NCBI GenBank assembly: GCA_964276515.1
Contig: OZ193909.1
Coordinates: forward strand, 7,936,001-8,000,000
Reading direction: 5' to 3'
DNA length: 64,000 bases
Origin: Gordius albopunctatus
Taxonomy: Eukaryota
The translations under genes were made by a program, and so were the position numbers. Position 1 is the stretch's first letter; each line of letters begins with the position of its first letter. The notes under the pieces are model-generated. The model searched no databases. It was not told where the DNA came from and was given only the letters and a program-made list of their open reading frames with translations. Below are positions 1 to 11,917 of this stretch, one piece after another.

Positions 1-1100
1 CCGTCTATATAGATTTTTCTTTCTTTCGATGTTATCTTTAACCGATTGATGCCGCCACCATAGTTCCCTATTCATAGCTTTGCCTCCTTTGGTCTGTCCT
101 ACAACACGAATCGCTGTTTCCTTAATGTCTTTAGATAGCGTCTCTCAATCTTCGTCTACGTCTTTTTGCAACTTTTTTGTACCCAAGAGTGAGCAGGCTT
201 TTTGATGGTATTCTTTGTTCGTCTACGTATTCTTTAGCCTTTCGTATCGAATTCGAGGTTCAAAGAACTTTCTTCTTTTGGGAAATACTCTTCTGTCAAG
301 ATCCATAACAAGGGGACGATGTTGCCTGGCGATTTCTTCTCCCGGTATCACTTTGCAATCCTTGATACTCCATAAGTCCTTTCGCCGTATAAGCAAATAG
401 TCGATTTGACTAAAATGCTTCCCACTTCTATAGGTCACAATATGATCTTCGCGCTTTTGAAAATAGGTGTTAACGATCGCCATGTCATATGCTTGGGATA
501 CTTGGAGAAGTTTTCCCCCTTCTTTGTTCTTCAGACCATGCCCATAACCCGAGGCGATCTTTTAGCCTTTCTTCCTGTCGGATTCCTTGTATTTCTTCTC
601 CCAATGAATCGAAGAATATGTGTTTATCTGATACCAAACACCCGATTCGGAGAGCATACGGGTACATAACGGTTAGGAGGCCCCTTTGATCTACAATCTT
701 CACCCCCATTAGCCTGGCAGAACAACACTTGACTTCCACCACCTTTTTTTTGAATGATTAGCTTATAAACCGACTCCGTTTCTACCATTTGATGACCCAC
801 TGTAGAATAGAGCCTTCTCATAAATCCCGGGCTTTGGTTCCGTTCCACCTAGTCTCTTGTCGGCAGGCAATGTGTACCTTTCTTCTTTTTAGCATTTGTG
901 CAACCTCGATGCTCTTCCCCGTCAACGTTCCCACATTCCAGCACGTTATTCGCATTCTTTCCACAACTAGTTTCCCTAACCGCCTTCGTTGTGAGTTGGA
1001 CAGTAACACAAGTGTATTTCTCACATTGCACGGGTGGGGTAGGACGCCCTACTCTTTTCTTGTAAAATCTTGTTTGAAACTATCATAATTTTGCAGTTGG
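1..1100 (-). mobile_element. Degenerate RTE-clade LINE, 5' portion (APE endonuclease); runs off the window edge
   Basis: Minus-strand ORF pieces (MRITCWNVGTLTGK, QETRW, SQIDYLLIRR, QHRPLVMD) are near-identical to the element at 32235-35316, but with frameshifts and stops. Confidence 0.93.
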
Positions 1101-1361
1101 TTGTTATACCCAGGAATTATCTCTTTTGCAATTCTAAAAGATAATTCCTTTAAATGCAAAGCGATTTAAAAATATTTTATGAATTAAGTAATTTTATAGT
1201 TTTTCTCTTCATAAAAAATATAAGTTATTTTAAATGTCTACATTTAATTTCTTTATTATATTTTTAATAAATAAAGAAATTAAAAGAAATAAATTAAAAT
1301 CGTATAAAACGGTACTTGATTGTCATTATTAACAGTCGGCCATTTTTTTTGACGCCTAATT

Positions 1362-2758
1362 ATGTCATCCAATCCAAACGGTAAAGATAAGAGGGAAAGA
1401 TCTTACTCCAGAAGTCGCTCCTTTTCTGGATCTAGAAGCCGATCAGGATCTTATAGATCTTATTCAAGATCAAGGTTGATATATTTAATGTTATAATTTA
1501 TTTATCTTGTAGATCCCCTTCATATGATGATCGTCGAAATTCACGTCATTCAAATTCCCGAAGGGATCGTGGGGCTTTCAGAGATAGGCCTGGATATTCT
1601 CGACCAACTTATGAAGAGCCATCACCTTGTAACTGCTTGGGTGTTTTTGGGTTAAGTTTGTACACCCAGGAACGAGATTTAAGAGACATATTTTCTAAAT
1701 ATGGAAATATTGAAAATGTGGTCATCATCTATGACCATAATGTAATTTTTATTTATAAAATTTTTAAAACTTTTAAAGACTAGAAAATCTAGAGGATTTG
1801 GATTTGTCAGCTTTGAAACAGTTGAAGAAGCCACATATGTAACATAATATAACTGGATTACTAAAATTAATTTAGGCTAAAGAAAAATGTGCTGGTTTGG
1901 AAATTGATGGTCGACGTATTAGAGTGGATTTTTCTGTTACACAAAGAGCTCACACACCAACACCTGGTGTTTATATGGGGAAACCATCATTGTACCTTTA
2001 TAATCTTTTAATTTCACAACATGACAACTTAAATTTAAAACCATTTTATTCTATTTATATTACTTTGATTATGTATTAGATGTTATAACATCTAACTATA
2101 TTAAATTATAAATTTAAATCAATATTATTTTATTTAATATAAGTATAACTAATAATAATTACCATTTTGTTACTATTAAACCATTTTGCTTGGGATTTTA
2201 AGATACCATTATCTATTTTAATTTATGATTAGTGGTCCAGGAAATTCTCATAGACGTACCCCATCTCCATTCTATAGTAAATCTAGGAGAGGCCATGGTA
2301 GACGCAGCAGATCAAGATCTTACTCACCAAGTATACCTTAAAATTATATTTGTGCATACATATATTTTTTTAATTGTTATTATTAATTTTATCAATAGTG
2401 ATTAATTTTTCATTTTTCCTTATAGCTCAAATAATGAATGTTCCAGAATATTTTAGAAACACCAATTTAAATCTAGCTTTGAAAATTAATGCAGAATAAA
2501 TTATAGTAGAAAACAATCTAATTCAGACTTTTGCAAATATGGGCATTCACTAGTTTGTCAGAAACTTGTAGAAAGTGTTCACAGAAATAAGAAATTTGCT
2601 GAACAGAGGCTCATGCAAGGTTCTTGAAATTGGTCCTCACACATTTTTGTATGTTTTTTTTGTGTATTCTAGTTTTTTGGTTATCAGTATTTAGAAGTTT
2701 TAAGTTATAAATGCCAAATTCTCATAAATTTTATTTCTTTTTTATAGGACGGTATTAA
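1362..2758 (+). CDS. tra2: Transformer-2 family SR-like splicing regulator (RS-RRM-RS)
   Basis: Exons 1362-1474, 1513-1741, 1779-1838, 1876-1991, 2233-2330, 2748-2758 join in frame through GT-AG introns. They give an N-terminal RS domain, the RRM ([50 protein letters not shown]) and the typical Tra2 C-terminus RSRSYSPRRY*. Confidence 0.96.
2426..2619 (+). other. Putative alternative (poison or alternative terminal) exon of tra2
   Basis: Pyrimidine-rich acceptor tttttccttatag ends at 2425; in-frame TAA at 2497-2499; candidate donor CAAG|GTTCTT at 2620; 8 AGAA motifs inside. Confidence 0.5.
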
Positions 2759-3479
2759 TTGGACTTCCACAAAGACATGTGAATTATATATATGAATGTT
2801 TAGTATTGTAAATAATGTCGTTTTGTACCTTTAATGCATATGACTATCCAATTAAAATGTTTTACATGCACATATAATAAAATATGGGAACACTATCAAA
2901 TTACATTTCATTTCGAATCGTCAAAAAAAGACGATTTTCGATCGACTATCTCAGATATGGATAATTTTTGGTGAGGATGTAGGCCTCATGTATTAGAGTA
3001 ATTTGGGGAAATTTTAGCCATTTTGGGCCAATACTTTTTAAGTTATGGATGTTTAAAGGGCCAAAATCACGCTCGTGGCCGTTTTATAGATTTTACTATT
3101 TTTGTCATATTTTTGAAAGTAATGGCGCTAGTCAATCAAATTTTGGTGCGTTTTGTCCCTAAAAATTCTCTATCGAAATAATTTAACAAAAAACCCCAAA
3201 CTTTTGTGGTCGAATTAGTGGAAAATCATAAAAACCTATTTGTCGATTATATGAACTCACCAATTTCACAATGTGCACTCCTTTATGACCCATTATCATA
3301 TTTCAATCATAATAAGTTTGGGGCCGGGTATGATATGTCAAGAATTGGAAAAATTATATTTTCACCAAAAATATTTATAGATGGCGGTATAATCAATTAT
3401 TAAAAGAACATATTATGATGTTTGTTTTTCATCAAATGTAAAATTTACTAGAACACATAGTAAATAAATAATATTGGAA

Positions 3480-3865
3480 TAAACTTAAATTTTGCTATTT
3501 TTTTCTGCGCAATGGGCAATTACAGCTCTACAAAAAAAAATAACTGGGAAACAGTTATTTGTCATGAACACAAATATGTTTTTACTTTATTCCTTGGGTT
3601 TTTGAAACATTTCGATTCAAAGTTGCGAAATTGACCGTTTTTGACGCTCTATAGGGCGAAATTGAACAGCTAAAAATTTTTTATACCTGTAATCAAAATA
3701 GAGGAAAAAATCCTTTCTTATTTTTTGTACTTTTTAATATATATCAAAATTAGTCCCTATGCAAAATCGCGCCAGACTGTGAGCCTCCCTCCCTCTCTAA
3801 TTGGCCTATATGCTTATATAACACTGTCTCCTAAGTGCATGTGAGTGATTGATGATGTGTGATCA
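3480..3865. repeat. Interspersed non-autonomous DNA-element fragment (related copies near 31470-31760 and, inverted, 40480-40900)
   Basis: Shared sequence such as gaacacaaatatgttttt and tcaaagttgc; the gagcctccctccc...gtgcatgtgagtgattgat block matches an arm of the 40276-40581 foldback. Confidence 0.7.
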
Positions 3866-4149
3866 ATGAGATATTTTGGATATCCATAAAGAAAAATGGG
3901 ACATTTTTAGTGACAAAATATAAAGTTAGAAATACATTGTAAGGGTGGTTGAACTTGTGTACTCTCGCGATCCAAGTAGCTAAATACAATTTTGTGTTTG
4001 TTACTGGGTCATCCTATTTGCAACGTACTTGGTTAAATGGTCAGACTAAAATTTCTGGGCTTTAAGTGAGATAGAAATAGCATAAACGCGAGGGCATTCC
4101 CCTTAAGCAACGTGCGTCTCCTCCGTCGCGTTGAACGAAGGCTTTTGCT

Positions 4150-4470
4150 AGCTTCACAAAGTCATGGAATATCGGTACAATGACCATAACGAGCAAGAGC
4201 AGAGAAATGGATACAAAAGACCAAATGGAAGGGACAAAATTCTAAATATATATAGGTGACGGTTTTAGAATAGTATTATAGGAAGAATTTCAACAAGGCG
4301 TCGTCGACGTAAAAAGAACGAATGATACAATTATGGCGATCCAGCTTTGTATCAAAATTGTTGCGATTAACGTTGTATCTGCATGCGCCCCCCAAAGTGG
4401 TTGCTCAGAAGTGGAAGATGCTTGTTTTCGAATGAAGCTCGACGATACGCTATCTCTATTCAGTAAAGAT
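4150..4470 (+). mobile_element. Fragment of a second, diverged RTE-like LINE endonuclease
   Basis: Broken reading frames giving WNIGTMT, TKWKG and VVDVKRTNDTIMAIQL...NVVSACAPQSGC, matching the APE motifs of the RTE element; it stops at the Gypsy LTR. Confidence 0.7.
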
Positions 4471-4722
4471 GGGTTTGTTGCGTCCATTGTCTTAATTGAT
4501 TTGGAACTTAATTGACACACATTACCTTACTACTTCGCGACGTTAATTGACGAATCAAGCATACCTCGCGGATTCACCACTAAATGTAATTGATTTATTT
4601 ATACCTCTCGGAGGCAACACTAAATGTAATGGATTTGTTTATACCTCGCGGAGGCACCACTATACTTAATTGATTTATTCAATTAATTCACGAGTATATA
4701 AAGGAGTTTAAAACACTTCTTA

Positions 4723-4945
4723 GGGCTTCTCTTAATATCGGATTCAGATTCATATCGCGCGAATTTAACTTTGTCTAAATGTCCGATTCAATTTTATGGG
4801 TCAAACTCGGTTGTAATTATAAATATTTTGTTTTTTATAGTTAAAAACGTTTTTTTTGTTTATTTCAACTCTTGAGATTAAATCTAAACTTTACTGATAA
4901 TGAGGATTTTTGCTGTGCGCTAAAATCCGATATTAAGACAAGCCT
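4723..4945. mobile_element. PIF/Harbinger-type MITE inserted in the 5' LTR
   Basis: About 22-bp imperfect TIRs (GGGCTTCTCTTAATATCGGATT / AATCCGATATTAAGACAAGCCT) and a TTA target duplication; the empty site CTTCTTACTC is visible in the 3' LTR near 11120. Confidence 0.9.
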
Positions 4946-5004
4946 TTACTCACTTACTTTTCTCGCAAACGATTTACTTTAATTGGATATACAATAAAGT
5001 AATT

Positions 5005-5578
5005 ATTACTTTATCCTTCTGGTATTTACTTCCCGAAAGTAGTGACCTACCCTTGTTATACGCCCCCTTCTACCCTACCCTTACGCAACCTTGTAAATGA
5101 ATACCAACCAAGTTGATGACGTCCAGGAAAACGCTATGCTTTTTAAATTGCCTCCCTTCAATCGTATAAATCCCTGCTTATGGTTTGTCCAGATAGAGGC
5201 CCTTTTCACGATTCGACGAATAACATCTGAGTCTAGCAAACTTGGATACGTGATTGAATGCCTCCCACAAGAAGTGACTACTTTATCCTACATAATATTA
5301 CTTCTCGAAAGTGGTGACCCACCCTTGTTATACGCCTCCTTCTACCCTACCCTTACCCAACCCTGGTTATACGCAACCTTGTAAATGGATACCAACCAAG
5401 TTGATGACGTCCAAATTAAATCGGAAAACGCTATGTTTTTCAAATTGCCCCCCTTCAATCGTATAAATCCCCGCTTATGGTTTGTCCAGATAGAGGCCCT
5501 TTTCACGATTCGACGAATAACATCTGAGTCTAGCAAACTTGGATACGTGATTGAATGCCTCCCACAAGAAGTGACAAT
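5005..5578 (+). repeat. Tandem duplication (about 290 bp) of LTR end, PBS and gag N-terminus
   Basis: ORFs 5097-5384 and 5385-5741 start with near-identical peptides, each preceded by tacttc(c/t)cgaaagt(a/g)gtgacc. Confidence 0.9.
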
Positions 5579-8500
5579 AGAGATCCAACATTACTTGGAA
5601 AATCTACAGGCTGAGGCTCCGTACACTACCATCCGGTCAGCTATCATCGACCGCACAACAAAATCGGACTCAACACGATTCCACGACCTACTGTCCACCG
5701 TGGAATTGGGCGATCGTACACCCAACTCTATAGACACATGAAAAGCCTCCTGGGTACCGCCAAAATGGACGACATCATTTTAAAACAATTGTGGTTGGAA
5801 AAACTGCATAACAACATGGCCAGCATCTTGACGATCTGTGCAAGTGACCAGACTTTAGTCAAGCTAGCTGAAACAGCTGATAAAATCGCGGAAACGTACC
5901 ATACGCCGCAAATATCCAACGTCGCCCCTGTCACACAGAGATCCAGCAATGATATTGAGACGCTCAGAGACATGGTCAATAGACTGAGCGTGAGCATCGA
6001 GACATTATGGCAAGAGGTCAGTCAAAAAAATCGTTTTCGATCGAGAAGTAGGTCTACATCAAGGCGATTTCGATCCCCGTTTCAACCCCACGCAGACGTT
6101 CCCCAGGAATGGTGTTGGTATCACCAAAGATATAAGAAAAAGGCCACGAAATGCCGACAACCTTGCAATTATATCCCGATTTCCTCGTCAAACCCATAAG
6201 CCTGCCAGAATCTGCGACACCTGGTTCAGGCTATAATATCCGTCGCATATTTTTTATTTTCGATAAATCAACCAAATTTCGTTCTTTAATAGATACTGGC
6301 GTCGAACTAAGTGTCATACCACCCCCACGTAACCACCATCTCACCCCTTCACACATCCGCCTCCAAGCTGCAAACAATAGTTCCATACTGACCTATGGCC
6401 AGAAATCAATGGAACTGGACCTTAGCTTATGGAGAAGTTTTCAATGGGTTTTTACCATCGCCGACGTTAAGACACCGATCATCGGGGCTGATTTTTTAAA
6501 TAATTATAACCTCCTCTTCAAATGTTTGTTAGACCCTAAGACTACTTTAAAGTCTTATGGGTGATATATTGATTCGAACTTGTACAATTTACAACTCGCA
6601 ATAAAGATCGATTCACCGTATTTTAAAAGAGTTCCCCGAGATTTATGCTCCTCCAAAGTACAGGTCACGCGTAAGCCACCAAGTAGTCCATCACATACGT
6701 ACACTAATACCACCCGTTTATGCCAGACCTAGACGATTAGACCCTGTCAAGCTAAAAATTGCCAAACAGGAGTTTACGCATATGCTCGATCTCGGCATAA
6801 TTCAACCCTCAGAAAGCTACTGGAGTTCTCCATTGCACATGGTTCCGAAAAAAACTCCCGGAGATTGGCGACCGTGTGGAGATTACCAAGCCCCCAACCT
6901 CATTACGATGCCGGATCGTTATCCCTTGCCACACCTGCACGATTTCTTACTCAACCTAGCCGGCACAACCATCTATACAAAAATAAATACCGGTAGCCTT
7001 GGAAGACATCGCAAAGACTGCAATAACAACACCTTTCGGTATTTATGAATTTTTGCGAATGCCTTTTGGTTTACGAAATGCTGCTCAAACATTCCAACGC
7101 TTCATTGACCAAGCTCTCCGTGGTCACAATTTCGCCTTTGCGCATTTGGACGATATTTTGATCGCAAGTACATCAACTAGTGAACATTTAGACCACTTAC
7201 GTCAAGTATTTACACGATTAAGAGATTTTTATATAAAGATCAACCTGGCCAAGTGCCAATGAGGACGTTCTTCTCTGGATTTCCTAGGACATCAAGTTTC
7301 CCCACAAGGTTTAACGCCAATACCGGAGAAGATCTCAGCCATCAAGAATTTTGCCACCCCCACCACTATGACACAACTACGTCGTTTTGTGGGAATGGTA
7401 AATTTTTACAGGCGTTTTATACCCAACTGTACACTCCATCTACAACCACCAAAACACAAACTCGATACAGTACATTCGGGAGAGAACTGCTAGCAATTTA
7501 TCTTTCAATTAAACAGTACCGACATATTTTAGAAGGTCGCGAATTTACAGTTTTTACTGATCACAAACCGTTAACTTACGCTCTCACTTCTAAACCCGAT
7601 AAATACTCGCCGCGCGAAATACGACAATTAGACTATATCTCCCAATTTACTTCAAATATACAGTTTATTAAAGGTAAAGCGAATATAGTAGCAGACACGT
7701 TGTCCCGAATCGATATCGATTCCATACAACAACCAAACTCCACCCAAGAGCTGAACACATCCCTCACAGAAAGAATTGCTATGACACAAAAACAAGAGCA
7801 ATATCACCTAGAAGAGCTCGAAAGCCTTAAACTGGAACAACGCTTAATTCCAGGTACACATTTAACTATTACGTGCGATACATCTACATCGACTTCGAGA
7901 CCTTTAGTACCTAGGACGCTCCGACGCATAGTTTTTAATCAACTACATGGTCTTTCTCACCCAGCCTTACGCCCAACACTTAGACTAATTGCCCAACGTT
8001 TCGTCTGGCCGGGAATGAACAAAGATGTACGCGACTGGACAAAGCAATTCATTGCGTGTCAAAAATGCAAAGTAAATAGACACGTAATATCAACCCCAGG
8101 CACTTTCGCTGAACCAGACGCAAGGTTTAGCCACGTACATGTAGATCTCGTCGGACCCTTACCACCTTCTAACGGCCACATTTATATTTTTACTGCCGTT
8201 GATCGTTTCCCCCGATGGCCGATTGCAATTCCCATTATTGATGCAACAGCCGAAACCGTTGCACGCACATTTTTGACACACTGGATAGCTTGGTGTTCCG
8301 GCGACATTAACCACGGACGCGGGAACGCAATTCCAATCTGCCCTTTTTAAACAATTATCTATTTTATTAGGGTATCATCATATCATTACGACAGCTTACC
8401 AATCCACAAGCCAATGGGATGGTAGAGCGATTACACCGACATCTCAAAAGCTCAATCATGACAAAAGGTGACGTTACCCGTTGGTACAAACTTATTCCCC

Positions 8501-8739
8501 TGGTACTCCTGGGGATTCGCAACACCGTAAAGGAAGACCTCGCCTGTTCAAGCACGCAGTTGGTATACGGTACTTCTTTACGACTCCCAGGAGATTTTTT
8601 ACAACCGTCGGATTGCGACATAAACGCCGGCGATTACATCCAACGGCTTAGACAGCAATTCGATGATGTACGATTTACACCTTCCAGACCATTGAACATC
8701 AAACAACAAATGTCCGAAAATTTATTTACATCAACTCAT

Positions 8740-10533
8740 TAGGAATGCGGGAAAACCGAGAAAAATCTCGGTCTCGTCTCGAAAAACCGAGACGAGATTT
8801 TGAAAATTGGAGTCGAGACGGGCCGGGCAACTGCCTTAAATTTTAATTTTCAGGCGGGCCCGGGCGGGCGCGCTGATAAGATTCGGGCAATTCGGGCATG
8901 CCCAAAATTTTATCAAATTAATTTTCCTTTAAAAAAGAAAAATTCGCTTATAAACAATTTTAGGCTATAATAAATTTGACTAGATTTTTTTTCATCGCTT
9001 TAATCTTCATTGTACGTTTATATAATGTCCTAATTTCAATTTCTTCAAAATTAAATTTTATTTCGAATAAATTAGTTTAACTGGTTTGTCTCAAGATCAA
9101 AAATTTTTAATTTTCAGATTAGATTATAAAAGAATAAAATCATAACGATTTAAACTGCCATGGGCGTAGACAAGGGGGGGGGGCAGGAAGGGGCAGCTGC
9201 CCCCTCTAAACTCAATAATTTGTTAAAATGTATTAAAATTATGGCTAAACTTTCAAAATATGATCATTTTGCCCCTCCCTAAATCATTATTGCCCCCCTC
9301 TAATTTTAATGCTGGCTACGCCCTTGTAAACTGCTACTCTAATCTAATACTATGGAAGAAACCATTTTACTCTCTGGTAGTAAATTATTTTATTACATTT
9401 TTATCGCGTTCAGTTAAATCTTTGCCCTACTCTATTATGGAAAGGATTGGATTATTTATATTTATGTAGTAGCCAAAGCCATTTCATTGTTCGCAATACA
9501 CTACACATGTGTGCCGTCTAGACTTAAAACAAAGGCTCATGACATTTTCTAACAATGCGCATAATTGTAATTCATTTAATTTCTTAACAACTAAAAAAAC
9601 ACGGTGGAAAAATAAAGCAAACAAGTCACATTAAAGTTAATTGGGTTCGGGCGGGCCCAGGCTGGCAATGAAGGTAAAAAATTTAGTCTGGCCGGGTTCG
9701 GGAAGAAAATTCGCAACAAATCTGACCTCTGGTACCTATACTGTATTCGATAAATAATTATTTAATGCCAAAGTTAGTTGGAATTGTAATAATTATCTGG
9801 AATATAAATTTGATTATAATGGTTTCTATCATAAATTTAAATACATGCAATTTAAAGTTTAAACCCTTATCTTCTTAATCCTATAATAATGCTACTTTTA
9901 TTGTTGTTTTTACAACGTTTTGATATGTGCATCTAGTTATCAATTCTGTAAACAATAATATTATCATTAAAAGTCACTCGCACTTTTTGGTTTAAAACGC
10001 TATCGTAAACATGCAATAAAGATATAATTGATGATTATAACAATAGACTTAGTCTATTAAGAAGCTTTAGCCAGGGTTAATAAAGGGTCTCAATTTGTTC
10101 AATTATGCAAATAAGTCAACTATAAGCGAATGTATTATTAAGTCTATTTATAGTTGACAAAAACAGTGAATTTGATAAAAATGTTATAATTTGCTAGAAC
10201 AATCAAATTTAATTTTCTATTATATTCTTTTAGTCTGCACTTTCCATATAAAATGTTATCTTTATGAATTAATTCATATCTTTATATTGTCAATGAGATG
10301 TCGTGTCCCGCTAAATCTTTGAAAAGTTTTTTAAAAAATATAAAAATTTGCCATTTGGATTTTCTAACACTTTTTTAATATTTTTAATAAAACAGGAGAA
10401 CTTTATTCAGTATATATTTGTTTTTAAAAAGTCGGGACGAGACGAGAATTCTCGTCGAGACGATATTGAGATTTTCATAATCGCTCCCGAGACGAGATTT
10501 TGTTTTCGAGACCGAGACGAGATCGAAACACTA
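8740..10533. mobile_element. Non-autonomous hAT-type element (CGAGAC-rich subterminal repeats) inserted in the Gypsy integrase
   Basis: TAG...CTA termini and perfect 8-bp TSD CAACTCAT (8732-8739, 10534-10541); the integrase reading resumes after it (STH|VFIRTDRLRKSLVPPYEGPF). Confidence 0.92.
9159..9326. mobile_element. Small hAT-type MITE
   Basis: TIRs CATGGGCGTAG / CTACGCCCTTG and 8-bp TSD TAAACTGC (9151-9158, 9327-9334). Confidence 0.9.
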
Positions 10534-11917
10534 CAACTCATGTTTTATAAGGACTGATCGTCTACGCAAAGCTTGGTTCCCCCTTATGAAGGACCTTTCA
10601 AAGTGATTGATAAACATACTAAATTTTTTATCATAGACCACAGTGGGAGGAAAGGCACTGTCTCGATCGATCGATTAAAGCCAGCTTTCCTCGAGCCGAA
10701 GGTTGATAACCCGAATGCATCCGTTGACCCAAATACACCCAAACCAAAAAATCACTCACAGACCCAAAATGAAAACCTACCTACCATTGTTTCTACTACA
10801 AAACCTAGCCTACCCCTTCCCAACCCAACCATTACCAAGTCTGGTCGACAAGTTCATTGGCCCAAAAAGTTTGTTAATTTTATATGAACTCTGTTTTTAC
10901 CCAGCGAAATATTTGTTGCGTCCATTGTCTTAATTGATTTGGAACTTAATTGACACACTTACATTACCTTACTACTTCGCGACGTTAATTGACCAATCAA
11001 GAATACCTCGAGAATTCACCACTAAATGTAATTGATTTATTTATACCTCGCGGAGGCACCACTAAACTTAATTGATTTATTCAATTAATTCACGAGTATA
11101 TAAAGGCGTTTAAAACACTTCTTACTCACTTACTTTTCTCGCAAAACGATTCACTTGAATTGGATATACAATAAAGTTATTATTACTTTATTCTTCTGGT
11201 ATTTACTTCTCGAAAAAGCAACAATTAAAGTAGCATTGTTATTGGTAGGAATAAGAGCTTCAAGGTTTCCAATAAATTGCACATGTATAATGTTATAGCA
11301 AATACTTTTACATTAAAAATTATACGATTCTATCAAAGTGTAAAACCCCGTCCCAAAATATTTACTTAATCCGTTTTTTAAGTATTTTAGCCACAAATTA
11401 TTTTATTAATAAAGCTTATGCTCATATATTTTAGTGTAGCCAAATTCGCACAGAAAATTCAGTGGATTTGAGTTCACCTGCCAATTAATTCTACCTTTAT
11501 AATATGAAAGGTAATGGCAAAACAAATTCATAGTGTGATTTATGATTTGAGAATTTCAGAGGTGTACCATGAGTTCAGGCTTATAAAAAACCATGTAGTC
11601 TCATGTTTTAATATAATGCATTTGAGAAAATTCTTTAGGTGTTGTAGCAAAATTTACATAATTATTTTGATTAATTAATCACCGATTCAAAATATCATCA
11701 TGTGTTTTGAGAATATTACCTACTTCATCACAACTCATTTTAAGTTTGTATGTTTATATTATATTTTAATTATAAGGATATAATATACAATAAATTGAAA
11801 AATTATTAACATGTCTTAAGGGCTTCATATTTTATTCAACGAGCTAAATTATCAAAATTTAAATTGTATGCGGCGTTTTGGGTGTGGTAAATTACCCAAT
11901 ATCGAAAGTATTTCAAT

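Larger units (their letters stand above)
4476..11215 (+). mobile_element. Gypsy/Ty3 LTR retrotransposon (degenerate gag-pol) with nested insertions
   Basis: LTRs at about 4476-5039 and 10914-11215; PBS-like TGGTGACCC at about 5312 and TAGTGACC at 5040; gag (KLPPF..NP.LWF.Q.E, CWYH..Y...A.KC..PC), protease (LIDTG), RT (WRPCGDY, MPFGLRNA, HLDDILI), RNase H (RELLAIY, FTDHKPL), integrase (HVHVDLVGPLP, VERLHR, PPYEGPF). Confidence 0.96.

Noticed and set aside
215..1088. Plus-strand ORFs here and similar antisense or alternative-frame ORFs over TEs and CDC5L exons (e.g. 28638-28982, 44516-45049, 48101-48349, 52109-52357)
   Set aside because: They are shadows of real coding sequence on the opposite strand and have no domain features.
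11216..11223. GCAACA after the 3' LTR as a canonical TG...CA terminus
   Set aside because: It is absent from the other three LTR copies and no TSD follows it; probably coincidental flank.
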